Positions 1 through 9,795 are shown, numbered from the stretch's first letter. The stretch is DNA of 64,000 nucleotides from Minisyncoccota bacterium (GCA_022842645.1 JALHPE010000003.1:10445-74444), one strand, 5' to 3'. Numbers and translations are program-made. Notes: generated from the sequence alone by a model not told the origin.

Positions 1-220
1 CTTGTCGGTTTTTTCAGTTTTAACAGTCGAACCAATGAGAAAACGCGCCCCCGAGGAGGTGTCCTCGAAGATAACGTGGCGATAGTCTGCTGGATGAAGG
101 TCTTTTTTCATGTCGCGGTACTATACCCCAGAGAATCAGTAGATTCAAGTCTGCGAGGGTGAGCTAAAAAATTCGTTCGAAACTCTGGAAAGCCGGCGCT
201 ACCCATATTTTCTACAGAAT

Positions 221-2398
221 TTAAATCTCCCGCCAATCCGGCCGTCGCGACACCGTGGCAGTTTGCGTAAGATTCCCTCCCAGGCCGGTGCAGAAAAGTG
301 TGTAGGTGGTCATACGTGTGAGCGGAGATGATGTTTCGGATCCAGAAAGCGTACTCCACGAGTCGTCGATGCCAGGATTGTCTTCTGTCACGGTGCACGA
401 GGTCGCGCTTTGCACATTCCAGGATACGGTGACGGTGTTGTTGTAGCCGATGAAGGAAGGAGAGACACGAAGCTCCCCTCCCGAAGCAGTGAACGGGGCG
501 GGAGGCAGGGTGCAGGTGCCTGCGGAGCAGATGAGGCCGGTGCTACAGGCTTCTATAGGAGCATTGGTGCATGCATTCTGTCGATGTGTGCTGTCGGTGC
601 AGACGTAGGTGGAGGCGCAAGCTGGAAGCCATGCGGTTTGCACGGGGTTTGAGCCAGCATTGAAACTGACCCACCCGACGTTCGTGTCTCCCCAGGCGTA
701 GCCAGAGAGCGTGCTACTCGCGAGTGTCGGGCCGTACGTGGGAGACGTGCCGGAGAGGCTGATGAAGCCGTCCCAACCGCCGCTTTGTGGATCGTTTGCG
801 GAGAGTACCTTCATCCAACCCCGAAGCGCAAGATCTTGCATGCGTGCAGTGCAGGTGCCTGAAGGACAACCCAGAAGATCATTTGCACTCGCACTCACCC
901 AGCCGACATTTGCGCTCCATGCACAGCCCGAGAACGTGCCGTCGTTTGCGATTGCGACGCCGAAGTTGCTCGCGCCACAGGTGCCAGAGTTCTGACAGTT
1001 GAAATCGATCCATCCGATGGTGTCGCTCCATGCGTAGCCGGTGACGGGAGTCCCTCCTGACGCAACGACACATTGAGGAAGTGCAATAATTGCACTATCT
1101 TCGTTTGAATACGGACTGTCGCCGATGGCGTTCGTGGCAACAACGCGGTAGTAGTAGGTGGTGTTGGGAGAAGCGGTCGTGTCGTCGAAGGTGTTCACGA
1201 CGCCAACTGAGGTGAGAAGTACTGTGGGGTTTGAGGATGTGCCACGGTAGATCTTGTAGCCAGTGATTGCGCTGCCGCCGTTGCTTGAAGGAGTGTTCCA
1301 TGTGAGAGAGATGCTGTCTGCGTCTGATGTGGCGTTGAGGGATTGGGGGGCGGTGGGGAGCGACGTAATGGGGGCACGAAAGATAGCGTTTGTTGCATTA
1401 GAAACTCCGTATGTTCCAGGGCCGTTCGAGCCTCCGAAAAGATACACATAATCTCCTAAAATTGCGGCTTGCGACCATCCAAGATTCCCTGGTAGGGTGG
1501 CACCGGTATTTGTCCAGCTGAGCGGATTTGAGGTTGGTGCGCGGTAAATTACGTTAGTGAAAGCAGAGCCATTGTTCCCACCAAAAAGGTATATGTAGTC
1601 GCCAACCACAACCAATTGAGACTGTCCGAGAATTCCTGGAATCGTCGCTCCGGTATTTATCCATGCGGTGGGGTTCGATACGGGAGCACGGTAAATGACA
1701 TTTACATATCCAAAGCTCACATAGTTAAATCCGCCAAACAAATATATATAGTCGCCGACGACAGCTACTTGCGATACATAGAGATCAGAGGGTAGTGCCG
1801 ATCCCGTCACCGTCCAACTCAAAGGATTCGATAGTGAGGCTCTATAAATTTGACTCAGATATTCTCCACCGAAAAGATACACGTAGTCTCCGATGATTTC
1901 GATTTGAGATCCAATAATATTTTCAGGAAGCGTCGCTCCGGTATTTGTCCAGCTGAGCGGATTTGAGGTTGGTGCGCGGTAGATGACGTTCAAATATCCG
2001 AAACCATTATGCCCCCCGAAAAGATATACGTAATCACCGATGATAATCGCTTGCGATTGTCCGAGAATTCCTGGAATCGTCGCTCCGGTATTTATCCATG
2101 CGGTGGGGTTTGTAATGGGAGCACGGTAAATGACATTGGTGTAGACAAACGAGTCGGTAAAACCCCCAAAAAGGTAAATGTACTCTCCAATAACGACTAC
2201 CTGAGAGCCTGCCACAACTCCCGGCAAAACACTTCCTGTATTCACCCACCCTCCTTCATTGAGACTCTGCGAATCTGCTTTCTGCGGCTCGGCTGAAAAC
2301 GAAATGATGAATGTGAAGAAAATCGCGGCAATAACCAGAAGCCCTGAGATGTGGTGTACGCGAACACGCTTCACGTGCGAATGCATTTGCCTACTCAT
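221..2398 (-). CDS. large secreted/membrane-anchored surface protein: N-terminal TM/signal, ~7 Kelch-like repeats (recurrent GDYVYLFGG and IYRAP..NP..W.NTGATLP motifs), a fibronectin-III-like segment, and C-terminal Cys-rich GW(I/V)xF repeats
   Basis: 725-aa ORF. Obvious internal ~45-aa tandem repeats with the Kelch hallmark YxYLFGG. Hydrophobic N-terminus (ISGLLVIAAIFFTFIISF). C-terminal motifs GYAWSDTIGWIDF / GYAWGDTNVGWVSF and many Cys. Confidence 0.6.
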   Translation of the reverse strand: MSRQMHSHVKRVRVHHISGLLVIAAIFFTFIISFSAEPQKADSQSLNEGGWVNTGSVLPGVVAGSQVVVIGEYIYLFGGFTDSFVYTNVIYRAPITNPTAWINTGATIPGILGQSQAIIIGDYVYLFGGHNGFGYLNVIYRAPTSNPLSWTNTGATLPENIIGSQIEIIGDYVYLFGGEYLSQIYRASLSNPLSWTVTGSALPSDLYVSQVAVVGDYIYLFGGFNYVSFGYVNVIYRAPVSNPTAWINTGATIPGILGQSQLVVVGDYIYLFGGNNGSAFTNVIYRAPTSNPLSWTNTGATLPGNLGWSQAAILGDYVYLFGGSNGPGTYGVSNATNAIFRAPITSLPTAPQSLNATSDADSISLTWNTPSSNGGSAITGYKIYRGTSSNPTVLLTSVGVVNTFDDTTASPNTTYYYRVVATNAIGDSPYSNEDSAIIALPQCVVASGGTPVTGYAWSDTIGWIDFNCQNSGTCGASNFGVAIANDGTFSGCAWSANVGWVSASANDLLGCPSGTCTARMQDLALRGWMKVLSANDPQSGGWDGFISLSGTSPTYGPTLASSTLSGYAWGDTNVGWVSFNAGSNPVQTAWLPACASTYVCTDSTHRQNACTNAPIEACSTGLICSAGTCTLPPAPFTASGGELRVSPSFIGYNNTVTVSWNVQSATSCTVTEDNPGIDDSWSTLSGSETSSPLTRMTTYTLFCTGLGGNLTQTATVSRRPDWREI

Positions 2399-2458
2399 AC
2401 ATAGTAAATACTACGACATCCCCGCATGCACATGCGTTAAGGATGTGTACTACTCTTC

Positions 2459-3727
2459 TCAACGCCCTTCAAGAACGTCGATTTCCTTCTGAAACTTATC
2501 CGCAAGACCCATCACCCCGTCGCCATAGAACGCATACGCGGGTTTGTTGGCATTTCCCCAACCGGCAAAGTAGCGCAGTGCCGCAAGACGCTCCGACGCG
2601 CGGGTGCCCACATCGGCGCCGTTGTCAGCCATAAGAAGAGAAGAAGCGAAAATGGCAGTACGCGCGTCCCATGGACTTGGCGGCTTATTGCCCGTGAGTT
2701 CTCCAATGCGCTCTTTATACATCACCCACGTCGAAGGAATGAATTGTGCGGGGCCCATGGCACCCCCCCATCCATACCATGGCTTCTTCGAGACTTTTTG
2801 TGCGTCGGGATCAAGCCCGAGTTCTTCCATTAAGGTCTTAAAGACAGGGACATCACGCGTGGGGTGCATGTCGGTCTTCCAATTTCCTGTGCCCACGTTT
2901 TCTCCAAGATTCGACTCCTGCGCGAGGACGCCAAGAATAAGCGCGGGTCGGACGCCTGTGACTTCAGATGCTTCTTTGGCATACTCATACGCCTTTCCAA
3001 ACGGAATCGCGCCGGAATCGCGCAGCTCGAAGAGGCGCGCACGAATCTCATTTGCTGTTTTTGTTTGCTCGGCAATAGTACGCTGATACACGGTTTCCTC
3101 ACCTTTTGCACGCCTCACCAGATCTTGTTTTTCATCTTCTGTTCTCTGGAGTGCTTTTTGTTGGAGCACCTGCAGCTGTCGCAGCTCCTCTTCTTCTTGC
3201 TGCTGCGTAAAAAGGGCTTCTTTACGATCGGCCAAATCTTTACGTGCGATCGCCATTTCTTTGAACGCCGTATCGAGTGCTTCCTGCACTGTCTGAAAAT
3301 TATCAACTTCTACAAAGAGATCGGAAAGCGAGCCGTTTAAGACAAGTTCCACAAGCGTGGTGTCGTCGATCTCACGTGTTCTGCGTATCATCTGGGCAAC
3401 TGATGTCTGCCCTTCCGCGACTTTTCTGTCGAGAATCTTAATTGCAGCTTCTTTGTCGGTGATACCGTCCGTAAGACGCTTGATTGCAAGATTACGCTGA
3501 CGAATTTCGAGTTGCGCCTCTTTAACCTGACTATCGAGAATCGCGACGTCGCGCTCAAGCGACTGACGCTCTGCCTGCTTCCCTGCCAAGACGGATTTAT
3601 TCTGAGCGATTTCACGCTCAACTTCTGCAAGTTCTTGCTCAAGCGCAGCGCGCTCTTCGGGAGTCAGCGCCGCAAAAACGAAAAGCGGCGCGCAGAACAA
3701 TATGCATACCACGAGCGCAAACCTCAT
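2459..3727 (-). CDS. membrane-anchored coiled-coil lytic transglycosylase (MltB/Slt-like C-terminal domain)
   Basis: N-terminal hydrophobic segment (MRFALVVCILFCAPLFVFA), then a long heptad-rich coiled coil. C-terminal AQESNLG...GPAQFIPSTW motifs are typical of lytic murein transglycosylases. Start chosen at the internal Met preceding the signal-like segment. Confidence 0.5.
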   Translation of the reverse strand: MRFALVVCILFCAPLFVFAALTPEERAALEQELAEVEREIAQNKSVLAGKQAERQSLERDVAILDSQVKEAQLEIRQRNLAIKRLTDGITDKEAAIKILDRKVAEGQTSVAQMIRRTREIDDTTLVELVLNGSLSDLFVEVDNFQTVQEALDTAFKEMAIARKDLADRKEALFTQQQEEEELRQLQVLQQKALQRTEDEKQDLVRRAKGEETVYQRTIAEQTKTANEIRARLFELRDSGAIPFGKAYEYAKEASEVTGVRPALILGVLAQESNLGENVGTGNWKTDMHPTRDVPVFKTLMEELGLDPDAQKVSKKPWYGWGGAMGPAQFIPSTWVMYKERIGELTGNKPPSPWDARTAIFASSLLMADNGADVGTRASERLAALRYFAGWGNANKPAYAFYGDGVMGLADKFQKEIDVLEGR

Positions 3728-3761
3728 ATTGTGTAAGTATACCGCGTGACGCGGGGAGCCA

Positions 3762-4160
3762 CTACTTTGCTGACGCGGAAATCCCAAGCTCCTTACGTAC
3801 GACCTCAACCACCTCCGAGGGAATCATGCTCGCCTTCACCACATACCGGTGTGCCCCGAGATCCTCTGCATGCTTTTGGTCAGCCTCGGTACTCTGATTG
3901 GTGAGTGCAATAAGACGAGCACTCCCCTCCAATTTCTCCTGCTTCACCTTGCTCAAAAAAGAAAAACCATCTTCGCCAGGCATGGCAATATCAAACAGTA
4001 TGGCATCTACCTTTTCCCCCGCGCGCAAGGTTTGTAAAGCCTCTTCTGTTGAAAAACATGGCACGACTGTAAAACCCTCTTGCGAGAATTTAAGCGCATA
4101 CATATCGAGCAGGAATTTGTCGTCGTCAAGAAGGAGTACTTTTTTGCCGGTATCTGCCAT
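3762..4160 (-). CDS. single-domain CheY-like response regulator receiver
   Basis: 132 aa. KVLLLDDD...DIAMPGEDGF...K pattern of receiver domains (acid pocket DD, phospho-Asp, conserved Lys). Immediately upstream of pilB in the same orientation (PilH/PilG-like position). Confidence 0.75.
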   Translation of the reverse strand: MADTGKKVLLLDDDKFLLDMYALKFSQEGFTVVPCFSTEEALQTLRAGEKVDAILFDIAMPGEDGFSFLSKVKQEKLEGSARLIALTNQSTEADQKHAEDLGAHRYVVKASMIPSEVVEVVRKELGISASAK

Positions 4161-4168
4161 AGGTGATG

Positions 4169-5908
4169 TTATTGTGTCGTAGTTTCATCAGGTATACTTT
4201 TTTCTTCGCTTGAGGCTTCGCCTGCCGGAATTTCTGTGACAGCCACTTGATCTGCCTCATCGCCGAGAAGCAATGGGCTCAGCGTGTTAACTTCCGAAAA
4301 TGGCACCCTCTTTGCGAACGCCTTGAGTATAGCATCCTCACGCATCGTGCGCATACCTTGACTTCGTGCGGCAGCCCACAGTTTAGAATCCACCGGGTTC
4401 GTAAGCACGATTTTCTCAATCTCTGACGACATCTCTAAGACCTCAAACACTGCTGCGCGCCCTCGCATGCCGGTAGGACATGCTGCAGAGCGTTCTGGCT
4501 CATACACTTCGTTTGGTATGGGAAAACGATATTTTGCGGGAATCGTCGACAGGTCTTTTTCGATCGCTGTACGATCGCTTGCAGAAAGTGGCACCGGTTT
4601 CCCCGTGCCGTCACAGAGCGTACGCACGAGACGCTGTGCCATAGAGAGTATCAGCGTCGAAGGAATGAGGTACGGTTCGACACCCATGTCGATAAGACGC
4701 GGAATGGTACCCACGGCATCGTTAGTGTGAATCGTCGAAAGCACGAGGTGACCAGTGAGTGCTGCTTGCATCGCGAGCTTCGCCGTCTCACCATCGCGAA
4801 TCTCACCCACCATAATGATGTCGGGATCTTGGCGAAGCGTGGTGCGCAGACCATTTGCAAAAGTGTACCCAATTTCTGGTCGCACCTGCGACTGAATGAT
4901 GCCCTCGACGTGATACTCAATCGGATCTTCGAGTGAAAGAACATTCTGATGTTCACGATCGAGTTCGGCGAGCATGGAATAGAGTGTGGTGGATTTACCT
5001 GAGCCTGTAGGGCCTGAGATAAGAATGAGACCGTGCGGCCGCTTGATTGCCTCACGGATCAGACCTAAATCGCGCTCAGAAAAACCTAAATCGCCGAGTG
5101 GAATAAATCCCTGATTACGATCCAGAATACGCATCACGATCTTTTCTCCCATGTAGGTGGGAAATGTCGAGACACGAAAATCGATCTGGCGGTCGTCGAA
5201 TGATGCGGAAAAGCGACCATCCTGTGGCTTGCGTCGTTCATCAAGACGGATCGAGGAAAGCACCTTCACACGTGCAATGATTGCGCGGTGTGTTTCCATA
5301 GGGAGGACGACGCTCGTATGCAATTCTCCATCGACACGATAGCGCACACGCACCCCTGCACCAGTCGGTTCGATATGAATATCAGATGCCTTGCCATCAA
5401 TGGCATAGCGCAAAATCGTGGAGACAATTTTTACTGCAGGAGCATCTTCCCGAATAGTGTCGTTCCCTCCTCCTTGCCCCGCGAGATTCCCGAGCTGAAG
5501 CAAATCTTCTTCGTCGGAAAATTCCTTGGGAGCATCGTCTTTCTTTCGCACCTGCTCTTCGCTTTGTAAATCGGAGAGTGCGCGATCGACGTCCCCTCCA
5601 AGCCCTCGGTACATTTGTATGACTTTTTCGATGTCAGAATCCGGAATCTTAAAGAGCTTAAATGGCATCCCTGTTTTACGCGTGATGAAATTTAAGGCAT
5701 CGATAGCCGCGATGTTATCGGGATCTACAATACCAATCTCCAAAACTCCCTCCACGACAGCAAGCGGCGCAAAACGATAATGTTCCGCCGACTCTTCGGG
5801 AATATATTTCAATATCTCGTACGGAATCTTTGCCGAACCGAGCGTTCGCTCCGGCAGTGCCGAAGAAAAGCCGGACCCCGTGCCGCGTAAATCGGTGGGC
5901 GGAGGCAT
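4169..5908 (-). CDS. pilB: type IV pilus assembly ATPase PilB (GspE family)
   Basis: 579 aa. Walker A LILISGPTGSGKSTTLYSML, Asp box and His box of GspE/PilB secretion ATPases, N-terminal GspE_N-like region. Confidence 0.85.
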   Translation of the reverse strand: MPPPTDLRGTGSGFSSALPERTLGSAKIPYEILKYIPEESAEHYRFAPLAVVEGVLEIGIVDPDNIAAIDALNFITRKTGMPFKLFKIPDSDIEKVIQMYRGLGGDVDRALSDLQSEEQVRKKDDAPKEFSDEEDLLQLGNLAGQGGGNDTIREDAPAVKIVSTILRYAIDGKASDIHIEPTGAGVRVRYRVDGELHTSVVLPMETHRAIIARVKVLSSIRLDERRKPQDGRFSASFDDRQIDFRVSTFPTYMGEKIVMRILDRNQGFIPLGDLGFSERDLGLIREAIKRPHGLILISGPTGSGKSTTLYSMLAELDREHQNVLSLEDPIEYHVEGIIQSQVRPEIGYTFANGLRTTLRQDPDIIMVGEIRDGETAKLAMQAALTGHLVLSTIHTNDAVGTIPRLIDMGVEPYLIPSTLILSMAQRLVRTLCDGTGKPVPLSASDRTAIEKDLSTIPAKYRFPIPNEVYEPERSAACPTGMRGRAAVFEVLEMSSEIEKIVLTNPVDSKLWAAARSQGMRTMREDAILKAFAKRVPFSEVNTLSPLLLGDEADQVAVTEIPAGEASSEEKSIPDETTTQ

Positions 5909-5910
5909 AT

Positions 5911-6255
5911 CTAATTGCCTCGTGGTTTAGACGAGGTTCCTGCCGTAGGAGTAGTGGTTCCCGACCGCGTGATTGGCAAGAATGGATTCGGGCGACCAAC
6001 CGGCTCAGGCATGATTTGGGTTCCCGTATCCACAAGCCGGAGGAACGCGGGGTCGGAAAGAATCGTTCCCGCAAGCGTAATCGTGCGTAGCTGAAGAAGT
6101 GTCTCAACGACATCACCATCACTCGAGCCCTGCACGGTTAAATCTTGAGTTGTGAGAAGTGGCTCGGGCGTCGTATCGCGGAGGAAGAGATACCAGCCCG
6201 CAAACGCCGCAAGGACACTGCCGAGTATTAGTATGAGTGTTGTGTTATTGGCCAT
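5911..6255 (-). CDS. small single-TM pilus-operon protein (PilP-like position)
   Basis: ORF with internal start MANNTTLILILGSVLAAFAGWYLFL (one TM), Thr/Pro-rich tail. Sits between pilO-like and pilB; 8-bp overlap with the upstream gene. Confidence 0.4.
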   Translation of the reverse strand: MANNTTLILILGSVLAAFAGWYLFLRDTTPEPLLTTQDLTVQGSSDGDVVETLLQLRTITLAGTILSDPAFLRLVDTGTQIMPEPVGRPNPFLPITRSGTTTPTAGTSSKPRGN

Positions 6256-6262
6256 ACGTAAT

Positions 6263-6829
6263 TTATTTGAGCCAGTAGGTGCGGAGCGTGACGTCAAAGC
6301 GGTACAAAGGCTCAGTGCCTTGGGCGCTCAAGTCAGGATCCATACTGAGCTCCACAAGATCAACAATGCGCAAACTATTCTCTAGAGCATTCATAAACTC
6401 CACGAATTTCGGGTACGAACCGCTCGTGGCAAATTTAAGAGTGAGCGAATCGGTTTCATTGTAATCTGCACCAATAACCGCTGCGTCCCCGGTGTTTGCA
6501 GTAAGTCCTTGAGCATCGATGACTACGTTTTGCAGGGCAAAGCCGTGCTTCGATGCGAGTGTGTCGAGATCTAAGACGAGGCGCACATTGTCAACGTGAT
6601 CCGGAAGAAGTTTCTTCAGACGATCAATGTCGACCGGATTGAATGCGTTATATCTCGAGAGCAGTTGCTGTTTCAAACGCTGCAGTTCATCGGCTTTGGA
6701 GAGCGCACTATCATATTCGGTGATTTGTACTTGCATGGCGCGCGCACCGTCATACGCAGGCTTCGTATACATCACAAAGATTGCGACCGATGCAGCAAAG
6801 AGAGCGATAGTAAAAATAATACGCATCAT
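6263..6829 (-). CDS. pilO: PilO-like pilus assembly protein
   Basis: 188 aa, N-terminal TM (IIFTIALFAASVAIFVMY) then coiled-coil and periplasmic domain. Gene order pilM-pilN-pilO. Confidence 0.55.
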   Translation of the reverse strand: MMRIIFTIALFAASVAIFVMYTKPAYDGARAMQVQITEYDSALSKADELQRLKQQLLSRYNAFNPVDIDRLKKLLPDHVDNVRLVLDLDTLASKHGFALQNVVIDAQGLTANTGDAAVIGADYNETDSLTLKFATSGSYPKFVEFMNALENSLRIVDLVELSMDPDLSAQGTEPLYRFDVTLRTYWLK

Positions 6830-7512
6830 AGAGTTTCTGGTGTTCCTTGCGGCTCACCAGCAGGTTCGAGCGGCGTGCCGAACGGTGTGGGGAGTGCGGA
6901 TTCTTCAGTTTGATCTGGCAATGTCACCTGCGCCGCGCGATACCGTAGTTTGGTTGGATCAACCGCAGCAGTAAAATCAAAGCGCACCCCCTCAATAGTC
7001 CTATTGATGTTGGAAAAAATCGGATTAAGAATGAGACCACTTCTCGCTAAAAGATCCGCCTGAAGCGCGATGGAATTGACGCTCTGTGCAACCCCCTGCA
7101 TCGCAATACCCATTTCGGTGTCATTCTGGGCAGTGAAGCTGAAGTTTGAAAACGCGACCGTCTGGAGCGTCAGCTGCTGTAACAGTTCGAAAATATCAGA
7201 GGGAGCAGTGTGCGTCGCAAGCACCTCATCAGCAGCTTTCATACGATCATCAAGACGCGTGAGCTCGCTGATAAGCGCAGGCTCGAATGCTTCTTTCGCT
7301 CGCTGCAGCTGCGCACGCTTGCTCTCCGCAGCAGTCGAGAGGTACTGCACATATAAAAAGACGCCAACTGCGAGTACGACGGAAGCAAAAAAGAGCACCA
7401 ATGAGACGAGGAGCCCGAGATCAGCGCCACCTTTTTGCTCGCGCCGTCCTCCAGCACTCGGCGCCGAAATAGGTGCTTGTGGTATAAACGAAGAACGAAT
7501 GTTTGATTCCAT
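6826..7512 (-). CDS. pilN: PilN-like pilus assembly protein
   Basis: 228 aa, single TM (LVSLVLFFASVVLAVGVFLYV) followed by coiled-coil. Directly downstream of pilM with 4-bp overlap to pilO. Confidence 0.55.
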   Translation of the reverse strand: MESNIRSSFIPQAPISAPSAGGRREQKGGADLGLLVSLVLFFASVVLAVGVFLYVQYLSTAAESKRAQLQRAKEAFEPALISELTRLDDRMKAADEVLATHTAPSDIFELLQQLTLQTVAFSNFSFTAQNDTEMGIAMQGVAQSVNSIALQADLLARSGLILNPIFSNINRTIEGVRFDFTAAVDPTKLRYRAAQVTLPDQTEESALPTPFGTPLEPAGEPQGTPETL

Positions 7513-7530
7513 AGAAAGTCCCTAACTTTC

Positions 7531-8682
7531 CTAGCCCTTCCTGAGTTCACGTAACGCGAGTCCGACCGGCACTGCAAAACCAGGGCCGATCGACTGAAGC
7601 ACTTGATCAAGAAATGCCGGTGCTTCAGTACGACTAAACGGATTCGCAATTTCCACCTGCGCGTGGAGCGCCTGATTCGCAAATCCTTGAAGTCCAGGAA
7701 GCGATGCGCCACCACCGCACAAAAGCACGTGCGACACATCTTTATTGTATCGCTTCCCGTAGCTCAATAGTACCCTATCAGCCTCTCCAAAGAGGCGCTC
7801 GAGTGTGGATAGAAGAGACTGCTTCACTTTATCATTTTCATCGACAGAAAAAGCTGAGGAACTGGTGAGCCCGCGCTCGCGCTTCACGCGCTCCGCTTTC
7901 TCAAAATCCCACGAAAGCGAGCGCGCAAGATGTTCGGTCATTTGTTGGCCACCGACCGTCGCGAGATGCGTCATGCGCACTACCCCGCGCTCGACGATAT
8001 ACATTTTTGTTGTTGAGGCACCCAAGTCAATCACCAGAACTGGTGCCAAACCATGGCCGAGGGAGCTCCGAATTGCACTGAAGATTTCTATTTCATAAAA
8101 ACGCGTGGAAAGTCCGGCGCCCGCGGCGATCGTCTGAAAATTGCGCACTGTATCGTTGTGAATGGCAACGAGAAGCACTTCTTGCCCCTTACTCTGAAGC
8201 GCCGTTTTGCCTTGAATACGATCAAAGGCCGCATCGCTTCCTTCTTCGGGCGGAATAACGAACCAATCAAGCATAACTTCCGAAACTGGCACTGGAATAT
8301 ATTTACGCGCCTCGATCGGAATCATTTGTTTTAAATGTTCCGGGTCAGTTTTGGGGAGATCGATAATCGAAACAAGGCTCGAAGAGAATGGTATCGACAT
8401 TCCCGCAACCTTTGCCGTGACATTCGCCTCCCGCATGAGGTCGAGCAGTGCTTCGGTTAAGGTTTCCGGCGAGAGCTTTACTGCTTTCCCCACTGGTTCT
8501 TTCGCATAGGGAGCAAGCGCGATTTCGCCATAGGTCTCGAGGACTGCCGCACCATGCGCAGAACGAAGTTGCACCACTTTTGCAGACGCCGCGCCTATGT
8601 CGACACCAATAACGCTACTCTCGGTTTTTCCCGTGAGCGCGGCAGAAAGCTTTTGCGTGAGCGTCCCTAACGATAACGCCAT
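7531..8682 (-). CDS. pilM: type IV pilus assembly protein PilM (actin-like ATPase fold)
   Basis: 383 aa. N-terminal VIGVDIGAASAKVVQL typical of PilM/FtsA-like proteins. Two actin-fold halves. Confidence 0.8.
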   Translation of the reverse strand: MALSLGTLTQKLSAALTGKTESSVIGVDIGAASAKVVQLRSAHGAAVLETYGEIALAPYAKEPVGKAVKLSPETLTEALLDLMREANVTAKVAGMSIPFSSSLVSIIDLPKTDPEHLKQMIPIEARKYIPVPVSEVMLDWFVIPPEEGSDAAFDRIQGKTALQSKGQEVLLVAIHNDTVRNFQTIAAGAGLSTRFYEIEIFSAIRSSLGHGLAPVLVIDLGASTTKMYIVERGVVRMTHLATVGGQQMTEHLARSLSWDFEKAERVKRERGLTSSSAFSVDENDKVKQSLLSTLERLFGEADRVLLSYGKRYNKDVSHVLLCGGGASLPGLQGFANQALHAQVEIANPFSRTEAPAFLDQVLQSIGPGFAVPVGLALRELRKG

Positions 8683-8731
8683 AGAGACAAGTATACCGTA
8701 CTTTGTATCGTGTGCGTCGTATGAAAAGCGA

Positions 8732-8765
8732 CAACTGGCTCAAATGGCGCCGATTGAGCCAGTTG
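8732..8765. repeat. ~34-bp palindromic element (copy 1), overlaps the RT stop codon
   Basis: CAACTGGCTCAAA TGGCGCCG ATTGAGCCAGTTG: 13-bp arms with one mismatch. A second 7-bp hairpin CACACGC/GCGTGTG lies at about 8776-8796. Confidence 0.5.
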
Positions 8766-9789
8766 CATATATGCGCCTCACACGCGCCTGAAGCGTGTGC
8801 GCATTGCCATGGGAGAGTAGCCCCAGATATGAATCGCGGACATGTTTATTCTCAGTGTGTGCGGCACAGTTCCGCAACATCCGTCGCTTCGTAGTCGTGC
8901 GCAGGACGCAATGGTCGGGAAAATGCACCCAGCCGAGGAAATCAACTCCAGACGCAAGAGTTGAAATTGAGATTTTGTTAGGATGCAGTTCGAGCTTGAG
9001 TGTCTCGCGCAGAAATACTGCTGCATGCGGCAGCATTTCTGTGAGTTCTCTGCGATCATGCGATAGAAAGACGAAATCATCCGCATACCGAATGTAGTAT
9101 CGTACCCTCAAGTGGTGTTTTACGAATTGGTCGAATTCGTTCATATAGATATTGACGAGAAGTTGCGAGGTAAGATTGCCGAGCGGCAGTCCCTTGCTAG
9201 GTACTCCCGAATCAAAGCTTGCGATAACGCGTCCGATGAGATCGACGATACGTTTGTCGCGAATGTGAGACGCAATAATGCGCATAAGCGTTTCCTGGTC
9301 GATCGAAGCAAAGAATTTCCGTATGTCGCATTTCAAGACCCAACACGTATGCGTATGGTTGCGCGAGACTTTGTATGCAAACGAGCGAAATCGATTCATC
9401 GCATGATGCGTGCCTTTCCCATTTCGACATGAGTATGAGTCCGCGATGAAGGTGCGGTCGAAGAATGGGTAGAGCTTGCGATAGAGCGCATGATGCAGGA
9501 GTCGGTCACGCACTGTGGCTTTGTGGATGTTTCTTGGCTTTGGGTCGGAGATGTTGAAGGCGCGGTACGGACCGTGCACGTATGTTCCTGCAACCAAGTC
9601 ACGATTGAGCGCAAGAATATTATCCATCAATCGATATTGAAATTCCTGCACATCTTGTTTCTTTCGCTTCCCGCGCACGAATTTCTTCCATGCCGCAAGG
9701 AGATTCGGAGCGGAGATGATATCCTCGTAGGTATGAGCGAAGACAAGATCCACACACCTAAGCCTGCCCCCCCCCTCACCTTTTTGCAA
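8740..9789 (-). CDS. DGR-type reverse transcriptase
   Basis: 349 aa. RT motifs: VLKCDIRKFFASID (motif A), LPLGNLTSQLLVNIYMNEFD (DGR-type [I/L]GxxxSQ instead of group-II/retron QGxxxSP), YIRYADDFVFL (YxDD), LELHPNK, FLGW thumb. No maturase/endonuclease domain. The true start may be the downstream GTG at 9753, because a C9/G9 homopolymer lies in codons 5-8. Confidence 0.85.
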   Translation of the reverse strand: MQKGEGGGRLRCVDLVFAHTYEDIISAPNLLAAWKKFVRGKRKKQDVQEFQYRLMDNILALNRDLVAGTYVHGPYRAFNISDPKPRNIHKATVRDRLLHHALYRKLYPFFDRTFIADSYSCRNGKGTHHAMNRFRSFAYKVSRNHTHTCWVLKCDIRKFFASIDQETLMRIIASHIRDKRIVDLIGRVIASFDSGVPSKGLPLGNLTSQLLVNIYMNEFDQFVKHHLRVRYYIRYADDFVFLSHDRRELTEMLPHAAVFLRETLKLELHPNKISISTLASGVDFLGWVHFPDHCVLRTTTKRRMLRNCAAHTENKHVRDSYLGLLSHGNAHTLQARVRRIYATGSIGAI

Positions 9790-9795
9790 CCGAAG

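Noticed and set aside
108-398. 96-aa minus-strand ORF at the left edge
   Set aside because: It overlaps the 3' end of the Kelch-repeat gene in another frame and has no recognisable features. The window start may hold a partial gene but there is too little sequence to call it.
221-2398. Tandem ~135-bp DNA periodicity in the first 2 kb that could be mistaken for a CRISPR-like or satellite repeat
   Set aside because: The periodicity is coding. It corresponds to Kelch-like protein repeats with a conserved reading frame. No spacer/repeat architecture.
8740-9789. Alternative reading of the RT as a group II intron or retron
   Set aside because: No maturase (X) or endonuclease domain, short length (349 aa), LGxxxSQ in place of QGxxxSP, and a TR/VR pair with adenine-specific mismatches. 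No intron RNA domain V/VI-like structure was noticed downstream.
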